Assembly: GCA_016930535.1 (NCBI GenBank)
Contig: JAFGGN010000028.1
Span: forward strand, 4,348 to 68,347
Origin: a bacterium
GTDB taxonomy: Bacteria; Zhuqueibacterota; QNDG01; JAFGCO01
DNA: 64,000 bases
Direction: 5' to 3'
The notes beneath the pieces were generated by a model. It saw only the letters and a list, made by a program, of their open reading frames with translations. It was not told the origin of the DNA and did not search any database. Shown here piece by piece: positions 19,718 through 29,850 of this stretch. How positions within the stretch are numbered: position 1 is the first letter of the stretch; each line of letters opens with the position of its first letter. The position numbers and the translations under genes are program-made.

Positions 19718-21735
19718 TCGATAAAGGCAAAATTTTCATTATCGCTTCGTTTTTCTGCGGAATCATCCATTCGCAGCAGTATATATGGCCTACCAATGCA
19801 AGTCATCTGATGACTTCTTCCCTGTGTGAATACAGGCCGGGACATTTTCATGCCGGTATCGATATCAAAACATGGAACCGGGAAGGATATGATGTGTATG
19901 CCGTTCAGCGGGGTCATATCAGCAGGATGCGCGTATCGCCCTATGGTTACGGTAAAGCGGTTTATCTGACCCTGGACAACGGATTTACAGCGGTTTACGG
20001 TCATTTGTCCAAATTTTCTCCAAACCTGGAAAACCGTATGTTCGAGGAGCAGGTGGAGGCCGGGAAATACGAACTGGACCTGTCATTCGACGAAATGGAG
20101 TACCGTGTGGAGGCCGGTGAATGTCTTGCATTTACCGGAAGCACGGGCATAGGCGTACCCCATCTGCATTTCGAAATCAGGGATTCCCGCAACAGGCCAT
20201 TCAATCCGCTCGATCTGGGTTTCGGAGTACAGGACACCCGTGCACCCGTCATTCAGGCTGTATGCATATCGCCGCTGGCATACGGATCTCATGTGAACGG
20301 TGATTTTGTTCCGAAAATTTTGAAATCCGGCGAACTGGCTTCCGGCTCTGTGGTGCCGGTATGGGGAAAAATCGGTCTTGCCGTCAATGTTTACGATCAG
20401 GCTGACGGCGCATCGAACCGGTTCTCACCCGTCCGTATCCGGCTGTTTGTTCACGATATTCTGGTGTATCAGATTGAATACGGCCGTTTTGATTTCAATC
20501 AGTCCCGGCTAATCGAACTGGACAGGGATTTCCGGCTGCATCGGTGGGGCAAAGGCGAATTCATCAAACTCTACAAGGAATCGGAAAACGAACTTCCTTT
20601 TTATCTGTACACGATACCGGAATCAGGGATTCTTCAATGCTGGGCACCGCCTTACAGACCGGTCCCGCATAACGATTCAGAACTTCTGCAGCAAATGATT
20701 AAAAACGAGTATCATCCGGTTTCCATCGTGGCGGAAGATTATTGGGGTAATACAAAACGGTGTGATTTTATCCTGAAAACACTGCCGCTGCATGTTCTGC
20801 AGAAAACAGTCCGTCCGCGGAACGTCCATTCTCCTGTCGTGAGCCACAGTGTCAGGCCCCTGCAGACCTGGATGCATGATTATGTCCGGTTCGAACTTCC
20901 CGGCTCCGGAACGCTTCCGGCGGAGCCCTCGATCAGGGTATGGCTGAACAGGTCCCTGCAGCTTTCGGTTCAGATGCAGCGCAATCCTGAGGGAAATTAT
21001 ATCGCCGTACTTCCGCTTACCGAATCATTCCAGGGCCGGATGATCATTCAGGTTATTTCGGATATTCCCTCTTATAATTCACAGGATACACTCCTTGTCA
21101 GCCATATCGGAAGTGCAGGCGGATTGGTCCGGTCCGAAGATGGCCGGTTTACCATGCGCTTTCCGGCCAATGCCGTTTATCAGGATCTGTGGCTGCATGT
21201 TCGTACCCTGAAAAACGCCGGCCCCGTACCGCACTATTCAATGATCCCGGACGATGTGCCGTTAAAAAAACAGGTTCATATCACGATCACCGGTCCTGAA
21301 CCAGGCGATAAACTTTCCCGGTCAGCCCTATACAGAATGGACGGGGAACTGTCCTACCTGACGAGCACGGCCGATCCGGAAACGAATCAGATCAGGGCAT
21401 CTGTCCGGTCATTGGGGACCTATACAGTACTGACGGACACGGTCCCGCCGAATGTCTTTTCGGTTTTCCCTGATTCAGGCGCGGTTGTAAAATACAACGA
21501 ATTTTCTATATCTGCCTGTTTTTCCGATACGCTTTCAGGAATACATGGCGAAGACAATTATCAGATATGGATCGATGATCAGAAACAGATCGTCGGCTAT
21601 GATTTTGAAAAAAGAACCGCATTTGTCGATCATTTTCAAACCGTCCTGCCCGGCCCGCATCGTCTGAAACTGATTTTGACGGACCGGTCAGGGAACCGTT
21701 CCGAAAACACCGTACCTTTTTTCATAGAGGAATAG
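19714..21735 (+). CDS. Secreted M23 family metallopeptidase with C-terminal Ig-like domains
   Basis: Signal peptide; HAGID, YGHL, GSTG..PHLHFEIR. Confidence 0.85.
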   Translation: MIDKGKIFIIASFFCGIIHSQQYIWPTNASHLMTSSLCEYRPGHFHAGIDIKTWNREGYDVYAVQRGHISRMRVSPYGYGKAVYLTLDNGFTAVYGHLSKFSPNLENRMFEEQVEAGKYELDLSFDEMEYRVEAGECLAFTGSTGIGVPHLHFEIRDSRNRPFNPLDLGFGVQDTRAPVIQAVCISPLAYGSHVNGDFVPKILKSGELASGSVVPVWGKIGLAVNVYDQADGASNRFSPVRIRLFVHDILVYQIEYGRFDFNQSRLIELDRDFRLHRWGKGEFIKLYKESENELPFYLYTIPESGILQCWAPPYRPVPHNDSELLQQMIKNEYHPVSIVAEDYWGNTKRCDFILKTLPLHVLQKTVRPRNVHSPVVSHSVRPLQTWMHDYVRFELPGSGTLPAEPSIRVWLNRSLQLSVQMQRNPEGNYIAVLPLTESFQGRMIIQVISDIPSYNSQDTLLVSHIGSAGGLVRSEDGRFTMRFPANAVYQDLWLHVRTLKNAGPVPHYSMIPDDVPLKKQVHITITGPEPGDKLSRSALYRMDGELSYLTSTADPETNQIRASVRSLGTYTVLTDTVPPNVFSVFPDSGAVVKYNEFSISACFSDTLSGIHGEDNYQIWIDDQKQIVGYDFEKRTAFVDHFQTVLPGPHRLKLILTDRSGNRSENTVPFFIEE

Positions 21736-21740
21736 AAGGC

Positions 21741-22439
21741 ATGCTGATTCCGATCCGGGATGAAAACAGAAAGAAGACAGTGCCCATCGTCACCATGACC
21801 ATACTGCTGGCCAATATCGCAGTATTCATCTATCAGCTGATGCAGCCGGACGGCCAGGCCTTTGTGTACAGATTCGGCGCCATACCATGGGAAATTGTCC
21901 ATTTCAGGGAACTGCCGGACCTGAAATGGGCTTTCAGATCACCGGTTCCCAATATACTGACATTGATGACCTCCATGTTCATGCACGGAGGATACCTGCA
22001 TCTTATCGGGAACATGCTCTATTTATGGATCTTCGCGGACAATGTCGAAGCATTGACAGGACATGTCCGGTTTATATGGTTTTACCTGTTGTGCGGTATT
22101 GCCGCGGCAATGACACACGTGATTTTCTCTCCGGATTCCATGGTTCCCATGATCGGTGCCAGCGGAGCGATTTCAGGCGTGCTGGGCGCCTATTTCATCC
22201 GGTTCCCGAAGGCGAAAGTCCACCTGCTGTTTTTTTTCTTTATCATTATCAGGGTTTTCCGGGTTCCTGCACCGCTGATGCTCGGCATCTGGTTTCTCAT
22301 GCAGCTTTTAAGCGGTATGGCGGATCACGGACAAACAGGCAGCGGAATTGCCTGGTTTGCGCATATCGGCGGATTTGTTGCAGGCGTTATATTCATTCTG
22401 TTTTTCGAAAAAAGACGGAAAGTGCTGAAATTATCCTGA
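21741..22439 (+). CDS. Rhomboid intramembrane serine protease
   Basis: HGGYLHLIGNMLYLW, GASGA, AHIGG. Confidence 0.93.
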   Translation: MLIPIRDENRKKTVPIVTMTILLANIAVFIYQLMQPDGQAFVYRFGAIPWEIVHFRELPDLKWAFRSPVPNILTLMTSMFMHGGYLHLIGNMLYLWIFADNVEALTGHVRFIWFYLLCGIAAAMTHVIFSPDSMVPMIGASGAISGVLGAYFIRFPKAKVHLLFFFFIIIRVFRVPAPLMLGIWFLMQLLSGMADHGQTGSGIAWFAHIGGFVAGVIFILFFEKRRKVLKLS

Positions 22440-22478
22440 GTGAAGAAATGGCTGCATTGATCATATGAAAGGTGGATT

Positions 22479-23774
22479 ATGACTCCGGTTTCATGGAAAA
22501 AGATGGACCTGCAATGGCAGATTCTGACCGGAATTATTGCCGGTCTGGTTTTGGGATTGTGGGCAAATCATGTTTACGGTTCGGGGCTGACACAAGGACC
22601 GGTTTATGATATAAAGATCGTTTTTCAATTCGGCGGTGAACTGTTTATCAGGCTCCTGCGCATGCTGATCGTACCGCTTGTTTTTGCCTCCATATTTATG
22701 TCCATTGTGCGTCTGGGAGACATTCGTGAACTGAAAAAAATCGGCCTCACCACGGTCGTTTATTATCTTGTCACGACCGCGCTTGCCGTCATGGTCGGTA
22801 TGATTCTTGTTAATCTCATCCATCCGGGCCGGGGCATGGATCCGGAAACCCTTGCCGTATTGAAAAATTCGATGGAAATACCCGACCATGTTCTTGCCCA
22901 GGGGGTCGGTCAGAGAAGTTCACTCATGATCATTCTCAGGACGTTCGTGGAGATGATTCCCGACAATCCGCTGGCCGCAATGGCCAGGGCCGATATTCTG
23001 CAGGTTATTTTTTACGCTGTTTTTCTGGCCGTCATTTCCGCCCTGATCGCGGATAAAGCAAGGGCCTTTATCCATGTGGTGGACAGTATGGATCAGATCA
23101 TGATTCATTCGATCATGCTGATCATGAGAATCGCACCGTACTGCATATTTTTTCTTGTAACAACACTGATGATGGATCTCGGTTTTCAGGCGATTGTTGC
23201 GCTGGGTAAATATGCCATGACCGTGCTTCTCGGACTGGCGGTTCATGCATGCCTTGTACTGCCGCTTCTGGTATTCCTGATCGGACGTTACAATCCGTTT
23301 CGATTGTTCAGGGCCATGATGCCGGCCGTACTGACAGCCTGGTCCACTGCCTCCAGTGTGGCGACCCTTCCGATTTCACTGGATTCACTGGAGAAAAGAG
23401 CCGGTGTCCACCGTAAAATCGCTAATTTTGTCCTGCCGCTCGGGGCCACGGTCAATATGGACGGAACCGCTCTCTATGAATCGGTCGCCGTGATATTTAT
23501 CGCCGAGCTTCTGGGATTTCCGCTCGCATTCGGGACACAGGTGATTATTTTTATCACGGCCACGCTTGCGGCAATTGGCGCTGCGGCCATTCCCGGCGCC
23601 GGGCTCGTGACCATGGGTATCGTGCTGACCGCAGCCGGCCTGCCGCTCGAGGGAATCGGTCTCATTCTGGCCATAGACCGGATTCTCGATCAGTTTCGTA
23701 CGGCCGTGAATGTATGGGGGGATGCCACTGCCGGTGTTGTGGTTGGCAGGCTGGACAACGCAATTACGGATTGA
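22479..23774 (+). CDS. Dicarboxylate/amino acid:cation symporter (DAACS, GltP family)
   Basis: STASSVATLP, PLGATVNMDGT, DRILDQFRTAVNVWGD. Confidence 0.93.
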   Translation: MTPVSWKKMDLQWQILTGIIAGLVLGLWANHVYGSGLTQGPVYDIKIVFQFGGELFIRLLRMLIVPLVFASIFMSIVRLGDIRELKKIGLTTVVYYLVTTALAVMVGMILVNLIHPGRGMDPETLAVLKNSMEIPDHVLAQGVGQRSSLMIILRTFVEMIPDNPLAAMARADILQVIFYAVFLAVISALIADKARAFIHVVDSMDQIMIHSIMLIMRIAPYCIFFLVTTLMMDLGFQAIVALGKYAMTVLLGLAVHACLVLPLLVFLIGRYNPFRLFRAMMPAVLTAWSTASSVATLPISLDSLEKRAGVHRKIANFVLPLGATVNMDGTALYESVAVIFIAELLGFPLAFGTQVIIFITATLAAIGAAAIPGAGLVTMGIVLTAAGLPLEGIGLILAIDRILDQFRTAVNVWGDATAGVVVGRLDNAITD

Positions 23775-23783
23775 AACGGATTT

Positions 23784-25043
23784 TTATTTAAACAGGTCTT
23801 CCGATATGGCCTGAAAATACTTGACTTCATTGCTGAAACCGGTACGCTCGATACTTTTCACCTCGAATACAGTCAGAAAGAATTCAGGAAGCGGTGAATA
23901 GTTCTGTTCTATTTCACGGATAAATGCCTCTCTTGCCTCCTGAGTGCTCAGCATTTTGGTCCTCTCCAGACGGCCGCCGTATCCGAAACCGAGAATGAAC
24001 ATGAACACTTCATCCTCGAATCCCGGTATTTTCAGCAGCATGGAATAATCGACATTGTATTTATTGCTTTCCGCATACGAAGCCTCGATCCTCTGAAACG
24101 TGTGCAGCGTATCTCCGTGCTCACCGACAATAAACAGCCGTTCATCCGGATTGTACTGATAACGGATGGGGGTTTTGTAGATGAGTTTGTTCAAAACACG
24201 CAAATTACACAGTTCTCCAATGTATAATGTGTTGTTTTTCCGAATCTCTTCAAGGGCCAGTCGTGAGGACAATTTCAGCGTGATTTCACGGTTTATATCA
24301 TAAAAAACCGGCAGTATGTCCATCAGATTGTGCGTGGCGCCAAAGGGAATGCCTGATATTTCGGAGGTCCACAGATTCGCTTCGGGATGATGAATCAGCA
24401 GATTGTTCAGATCATTTTCCGAATCGATTTGCCAGTCCCGGATCTGCCGGTACCGGTTCAGGCCCGGGTTGAATTCATCAAGAAGATAATCATCACCGAG
24501 AATAATCGTGATCGGATATCCATTATCCAGGAATGAATGCCAGATGGGATCGCTGGAATATTTTACAGCCGTGCCGCGGGTCATGTTCAATGTTTCGATG
24601 GCTCGGTCATAACGATAGATGACAATGCCCAGAATAATGAGAAGTATACCGGCAACCGCCCAGGAACCGTACCTGATTGCAATGGAAATGAACCGGGGCC
24701 TGAAATTGTTCTGATGATTTATCGAAACAATTTTTAAAGCATAGTGCCCCTTCGGGATAATGAGCCTCAGAGAATCCTTTTTGCCTTCGTTTTTATAATA
24801 GCTTTCGAGTTTTTTTCGAAGCATATGGATGTGATAACGAACCGTGGAATCCTTGTTGGAGTTGAAACTGGCGGCTTTACCGAATACATCGATTGCAATG
24901 GTGATTTCTTTTGGGATGCAGTCTTTTTCAGCCGCTTCGACAAGGTAATGCAGCAGATTGGAATAGACCTGGGAATCCCTGAATTCCTTGCTGGAATAGA
25001 TATCTTTTACGACGGACTGAATATTTTCATGGATGGGCGTCAT
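23784..25043 (-). CDS. Membrane-anchored one-component regulator: N-terminal winged-helix-like domain, single TM, periplasmic sensor domain
   Basis: F..SQVYSNLLHYLVE...PKEITIAIDVFGK...DSTVRYHIHMLRKKLESYY...IPKGHY; TM WAVAGILLIILGIVIY; divergent from the TBDR locus. Confidence 0.7.
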   Translation of the reverse strand: MTPIHENIQSVVKDIYSSKEFRDSQVYSNLLHYLVEAAEKDCIPKEITIAIDVFGKAASFNSNKDSTVRYHIHMLRKKLESYYKNEGKKDSLRLIIPKGHYALKIVSINHQNNFRPRFISIAIRYGSWAVAGILLIILGIVIYRYDRAIETLNMTRGTAVKYSSDPIWHSFLDNGYPITIILGDDYLLDEFNPGLNRYRQIRDWQIDSENDLNNLLIHHPEANLWTSEISGIPFGATHNLMDILPVFYDINREITLKLSSRLALEEIRKNNTLYIGELCNLRVLNKLIYKTPIRYQYNPDERLFIVGEHGDTLHTFQRIEASYAESNKYNVDYSMLLKIPGFEDEVFMFILGFGYGGRLERTKMLSTQEAREAFIREIEQNYSPLPEFFLTVFEVKSIERTGFSNEVKYFQAISEDLFK

Positions 25044-25070
25044 AGGGAAATTTTCGTTTTATATAAGGGG

Positions 25071-25098
25071 AATATAGTATAAAATTAATAAAAATCAA
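25071..25098 (-). promoter_or_regulatory. Putative promoter of the regulator gene
   Basis: Minus strand TTGATT-N16-TATATT. Confidence 0.35.
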
Positions 25099-25192
25099 GT
25101 TTTGAATACGATGCGAATTAAAAAAATGGCCGACATGAGACATGTTTCAAATAATCGACCGGCCCGGTTTAAGGAATCCGCAGATCCTCTCA

Positions 25193-25223
25193 AACGGTTT
25201 TACAACGGTTTTGCAACGGTTTT
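25193..25223 (+). repeat. Three tandem AACGGTTTT direct repeats with 11-bp period (candidate activator site)
   Basis: AACGGTTTT at 25193, 25204 and 25215; ends 4 bp before the -35. Confidence 0.85.
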
Positions 25224-25227
25224 CATG

Positions 25228-25256
25228 TTGTAAATACCCGTATTTGTCACTACAAT
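25228..25256 (+). promoter_or_regulatory. sigma70 promoter of the PPIase-TBDR-galactan operon
   Basis: TTGTAA-N17-TACAAT. Confidence 0.7.
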
Positions 25257-25295
25257 AATCGCGTTCATTAAATATAATGATAACACCGGCTTTTT

Positions 25296-27023
25296 ATGCA
25301 TTCAATTTTCGGAAATCGATTCGTCATGTACGGTAAAACGGCTGCAGGCAGCAGGTTCCCCTTTGACCGGCAAGTCTTCTTTTTCGTAATCCTTCTCTGT
25401 GTTTTACATTGCGGTTCTGACAGACAAAATACCCTGGCCATTGTGGGAACACGCCGCATTACAAGGAAGGATTTTTCCGAACGATTCAGCTCGGTCAGTC
25501 AAAGAATGAATCTGCCGGACAATTTGCTGACACGAAAAGAGATACTCTCAGGCATGATCGATGAATATCTGCTGATTGAAGAGGCCCGAAAAAGTAACTA
25601 CCATGAGGATGCGCTGGGCCGGGCTGAGCTGGAAAATCTGAAGATGCAGGAATTGCTCAATGCGTATATTCAACGGAATATATCCAAACCAGCCGATATG
25701 GATGAAGCCGAACTGAAAGAACTCTTTCAGAGGCTCCATACACAAATCCGGGCACGTCATTTGTACGCGCAGACTCGCCGTCAGGCGGATTCGCTGGCCG
25801 AAGAATTGATGTCGGGCAAGTCGTTTGAAACCCTGGCCAAGTCGGTTTTCAAAGATCCGCAGCTTCGTGATACCGGCGGTGATCTTGGCTATTTTACAGT
25901 CGATGAGATGGATCCGTTTTTCGAAGAGGCGGCATTCGGTCTGAAAATCGGAAAAATCTCTTCTCCGGTGCGTACGGCCCAGGGATACAGTATCATACAG
26001 CTGACGGATCGTCATGTTCAGCCGCTGTTGACGGAATCCGATTATACACGGCAGCGTCCGAAGCTTGCAGTGTATCTGCGTCAGCGGAAAATGAAAAAGA
26101 GAATCCGTATGGTGACGGATTCTTTGCGCCAGGCGCTGAAAGTGGAATTCGATCAACCGGCGGTTCGGGATCTGGTCCGCATTGTAAACAGCAGGAATAC
26201 CAGGTCCGGAATGCCGGAATACGGTCCATTGCTGTCCGAAGACAATCCGCTTTTGAACAGGACCATCGCATGGTCCTCAGACGGTGCCTGGACAATGGAG
26301 TCGCTACAGCTGTATGCCCGATTCACCAAAGATAATCAGCTGCAATGGGTGCATCAGCCCGAACAGATGGAGGATTTTCTGGCCGGACTGATTGTCCGGA
26401 TTCATTTACTTGAGGAAGCCAGGAAACAGGGCCTGCATCAAGAAACAGGTTTTGAAAGACAGGTTGAAAATCGGATGCACGATTTTCTTTTGCGACGTAT
26501 GGAGGATGGCATCGCAGCCAATGTGGTGATTCCCGAAGACAGCATGAGGGCCTGTTACAGGGAAGACGGGGATCTGTTCATCGTGCCGCCCGCGGTAGAG
26601 CTGAGGGAAATTGTCCTGGATAATGAATCCGACACCTCAGGCATCAGACAGAAACTCCTGAACGGCGCCTCCTTTGAAAGCATGGCCAAAGCGTACTCCG
26701 TGAACCGCAGAAGTGCGGAAAATGGCGGTGAAATCGGATTTTTCTCTGCTGCGGACCTCGGAGAATATGCTGAACCCATTTTCAGCCTGAAATCCGGACA
26801 GTGGACAGGACCGATCGAGATCAGGGGGCAATTCGCCTTTATTCAATGCATCGGAAAGCGTCCGCAGCGGCAGCCGTCCTATGAGGAAGCGGAACATAAG
26901 ATACGAGAATCCTTGTTTCCGTTCTACCTGAAAAGAACCAGACAGGAAACACTCCGGCAAATTCGTGAACACATCCGGGTAACCGAATTTCCGGACCAAT
27001 TGCAATCCGTTCGTCTTCATTGA
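25296..27023 (+). CDS. Parvulin-type peptidyl-prolyl isomerase with two rotamase domains (SurA/PrsA-like, probable lipoprotein; start may be 25326)
   Basis: ARHL..FETLAK..GGDLGYF..FEEAAF..SSPVRTAQGYSII and second FESMAKAYS..NGGEIGF; hydrophobic stretch ending VLHC. Confidence 0.85.
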   Translation: MHSIFGNRFVMYGKTAAGSRFPFDRQVFFFVILLCVLHCGSDRQNTLAIVGTRRITRKDFSERFSSVSQRMNLPDNLLTRKEILSGMIDEYLLIEEARKSNYHEDALGRAELENLKMQELLNAYIQRNISKPADMDEAELKELFQRLHTQIRARHLYAQTRRQADSLAEELMSGKSFETLAKSVFKDPQLRDTGGDLGYFTVDEMDPFFEEAAFGLKIGKISSPVRTAQGYSIIQLTDRHVQPLLTESDYTRQRPKLAVYLRQRKMKKRIRMVTDSLRQALKVEFDQPAVRDLVRIVNSRNTRSGMPEYGPLLSEDNPLLNRTIAWSSDGAWTMESLQLYARFTKDNQLQWVHQPEQMEDFLAGLIVRIHLLEEARKQGLHQETGFERQVENRMHDFLLRRMEDGIAANVVIPEDSMRACYREDGDLFIVPPAVELREIVLDNESDTSGIRQKLLNGASFESMAKAYSVNRRSAENGGEIGFFSAADLGEYAEPIFSLKSGQWTGPIEIRGQFAFIQCIGKRPQRQPSYEEAEHKIRESLFPFYLKRTRQETLRQIREHIRVTEFPDQLQSVRLH

Positions 27024-27038
27024 TCACATCAGAAGGAA

Positions 27039-29822
27039 ATGAAAATGAAAAAGAACCGACTTTCCATTGCTTTGAGTTGTTGTATACTTGTCAGCCTCGT
27101 TTCCTTTCCGGTTGATATGCCGGCCCAAACCGGAGGGAAAATAGCAGGTATCGTGACGGACGGACAAACCGGCGAAATTCTTATGGGCGCGAATGTGATT
27201 GTCGAGGGCAGTTATCTTGGCGCTGCGACGGATACGGACGGCTATTATATGATTCTCAGGGTTCCGCCGGGAGAAAAAAACCTGCGCGTGGAATACATCG
27301 GTTATCAGAGTGTCACGGTCAGGGAAGTCGAAGTGCTGACCGATCTGACGACCACGGTGAATGTGTCACTGCAGCCGGTCGCACTGCAGGGTGAAGAAGT
27401 AGTGATCGTCGCAGAAAAACCGCTGGTCAGGAAGGATCTGACTTCTTCCGAATCACGGATACAAGCCGATCAGATTGAGAAGATGCCTGTTCAGGAGGTC
27501 GGAGATATTCTGGATCTTCAGGCCGGGATCACGCGCGATACAGGCGGCGGTCTTCATATACGCGGAGGACGGTCGTCGGAAATCTCCTATATGGTGAACG
27601 GTATCAGTGTGACCGACGACTTTTACAGGGGACAGGGCATTATCATCGAAAATGAATCGGTTCAGGAACTCCAGGTCATCAGCGGCACTTTCAATGCGGA
27701 GTACGGAAACGCCATGAGCGGTGTGATCAATATTGTGACCAAAGACGGCGGCAACGACACGGAAATGAAACTGGAAGCCTGGTCCGGCGACCATATCAGC
27801 GGCCGCAAGGAAATATTCTGGCACATCGATGATATCAATCCGGCAGCCGACATCAATTTGCAGGGATCCGTGAGCGGACCCCTGCTTAAAAACCGGTTGA
27901 CCTACTTCATTACCGGACGGAAACTGCGTTATGACGGCTGGCTTTACGGCCCGAATGCCTATCTGCCTCAGGGACGCGCTGCTGCGGCCGAAGATGGAAG
28001 TCTGCAGGTTGTCCGCGGGGACAGCGCTGCTGTAGCCATGAATCCGCAGGAACGCCTCAGTCTCCAGGCAGCGGTCCGGTGGAAGATTATGGGGCCGCTT
28101 TCCCTGAAACTGGACTTTCTGGGAAGCCGGGAAGAGAGCAACGGTTACAATCACAGTTACCGGCTCAATCCGAATGGAAGACGAAATTATTACGGTTCCG
28201 GTCAGACCACGATCGCCAAACTGACCCATGTGCTCGGTAAAAATCTTTTTTACGAGGTGACCGGCTCCTATAAACAGAATTCGAACGAATCCTATCTGTA
28301 TAAAAATCCGGGCGATTCGCGGTATGTGCATCCGGATTCCCTGACTGCCGGAGCATATCAGTTTTTTAAGGCCGGAAACGATCTGTTCCGCTCTTTCCGA
28401 TCCACAAGAAGCTATATCGGTAAACTGGATGTGACCGATCAGATCACCAGAAATCATCAGATCAAACTGGGTGTGGAGCTTCAGAAGGACAAAATAGAGT
28501 TCGACAATCTGACTCTGACTCCTGCAATGGATGAAACAGGGCAGCAATTGACACCGTTTCAGCCCCATATAGAGTCCATCACCACAACGAATCACAACAA
28601 ATTCGACCGGAGTCCGGATAAATTTGCGGCCTATATTCAGGATAAAATCGAATATGAACAGTTGATAATCAACATCGGGTTGCGATTCGATTATTTCATC
28701 TCAAACGGAGAGGTGCCAATCGATACTCAGGATCCCAATATTTACAATCCGCTGAAACTGAGCCACATCTACAGGGACCTGAACGGGAACGGCCTGATCG
28801 ATATTGAAGAACAGACTGACAGCAATGCCTACAGCCTGGAGGAACGTCAGATGTTCTGGTACCGTGATGCGGATGCCAAGACACAGGTCAGCCCGCGGTT
28901 CGGTATTGCCTATCCCATCACGGACCGTGGTGTGATCCATTTCTCATACGGCATATTTCAGCAGATACCCGAATACAGCCAGCTTTTCGAAAGTGATCAG
29001 ATGAAGCTGACCGAAGGGCAGGGCATTGCCGGGCCTTTCAGCAATCCGGATCTGAATCCGCAGCGCACGACCATGTATGAGCTCGGTCTGAAACAGCAGA
29101 TTTCCGATCATATCGGTATCGACATTACGGGGTATTACAGGGATATACGGGACTGGATCTCGACCAGCGCACCGATACCCACATACTCGGCAGGCGTGAC
29201 CTATTCGAAGCGCATCAATCGCGATTTCGCCGATGTCAAAGGCATTACCCTGTCGGTCGTACGGCGCCTGGCGAATCATTTTGCATTCAATCTCGATTAT
29301 ACTTTCCAGGTTGTCCAGGGAACGAATTCGAGTCCCGAAGATGAATACAATGCGCTGAACAACGGTGATGAACCCAAAAAACAACTTGCACCGCTGGATT
29401 GGGATCAGCGACATGCCCTGACCTGCAACCTGTTTACGGGCGGGAACAAATGGGGGATGAACACGATTCTGCAGTTTTATTCCGGACAGCCGTATACGCC
29501 GAGCATCGTATCGGGCAGCCTGACCGGCCAGAACGTGATTTCAGGGCTGTCTACCAATTCACGGCGCAGACCCGGACGGTTTGCCGTGGATGTCAACCTT
29601 TTCAGGAACATGAAGGCCGGGCCTCTCGAAATCGAACTGTTTATGCAGATATACAATTTACTGGATTCGCTGAATCCGAGGAATGTATGGACCGAAACCG
29701 GCAAGGCGGATTACACGGTATATGAACAGCAGGCCGTTGAGGCCGATCCCACATGGTTTATCCGCCCGGATTTTTACTCCGAGCCCAGGAAGGTGCAATT
29801 GGGTTTGAAAATTCAAATATGA
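27039..29822 (+). CDS. TonB-dependent receptor with N-terminal carboxypeptidase-regulatory-like domain
   Basis: Signal; GKIAGIVTD..GANV..GAATD; plug HIRGGRSSE..SGTFNAEYGNAMSGVINIVTK; SPRFGIAYP; C-terminal PRKVQLGLKIQI. Confidence 0.92.
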   Translation: MKMKKNRLSIALSCCILVSLVSFPVDMPAQTGGKIAGIVTDGQTGEILMGANVIVEGSYLGAATDTDGYYMILRVPPGEKNLRVEYIGYQSVTVREVEVLTDLTTTVNVSLQPVALQGEEVVIVAEKPLVRKDLTSSESRIQADQIEKMPVQEVGDILDLQAGITRDTGGGLHIRGGRSSEISYMVNGISVTDDFYRGQGIIIENESVQELQVISGTFNAEYGNAMSGVINIVTKDGGNDTEMKLEAWSGDHISGRKEIFWHIDDINPAADINLQGSVSGPLLKNRLTYFITGRKLRYDGWLYGPNAYLPQGRAAAAEDGSLQVVRGDSAAVAMNPQERLSLQAAVRWKIMGPLSLKLDFLGSREESNGYNHSYRLNPNGRRNYYGSGQTTIAKLTHVLGKNLFYEVTGSYKQNSNESYLYKNPGDSRYVHPDSLTAGAYQFFKAGNDLFRSFRSTRSYIGKLDVTDQITRNHQIKLGVELQKDKIEFDNLTLTPAMDETGQQLTPFQPHIESITTTNHNKFDRSPDKFAAYIQDKIEYEQLIINIGLRFDYFISNGEVPIDTQDPNIYNPLKLSHIYRDLNGNGLIDIEEQTDSNAYSLEERQMFWYRDADAKTQVSPRFGIAYPITDRGVIHFSYGIFQQIPEYSQLFESDQMKLTEGQGIAGPFSNPDLNPQRTTMYELGLKQQISDHIGIDITGYYRDIRDWISTSAPIPTYSAGVTYSKRINRDFADVKGITLSVVRRLANHFAFNLDYTFQVVQGTNSSPEDEYNALNNGDEPKKQLAPLDWDQRHALTCNLFTGGNKWGMNTILQFYSGQPYTPSIVSGSLTGQNVISGLSTNSRRRPGRFAVDVNLFRNMKAGPLEIELFMQIYNLLDSLNPRNVWTETGKADYTVYEQQAVEADPTWFIRPDFYSEPRKVQLGLKIQI

Positions 29823-29850
29823 TCCAACGACAGCAAAGGACAATACAGGT

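Noticed and set aside
25193-25223. Possible CRISPR or microsatellite repeat
   Set aside because: 9-bp units with 2-bp gaps, only three copies, no spacers or cas genes; position fits an operator
27453-28595. 380-aa antisense ORF (likewise 6584-7540, 53662-54471, 60998-61864, 62224-63207)
   Set aside because: Shadows of stronger genes on the other strand; no recognisable domains
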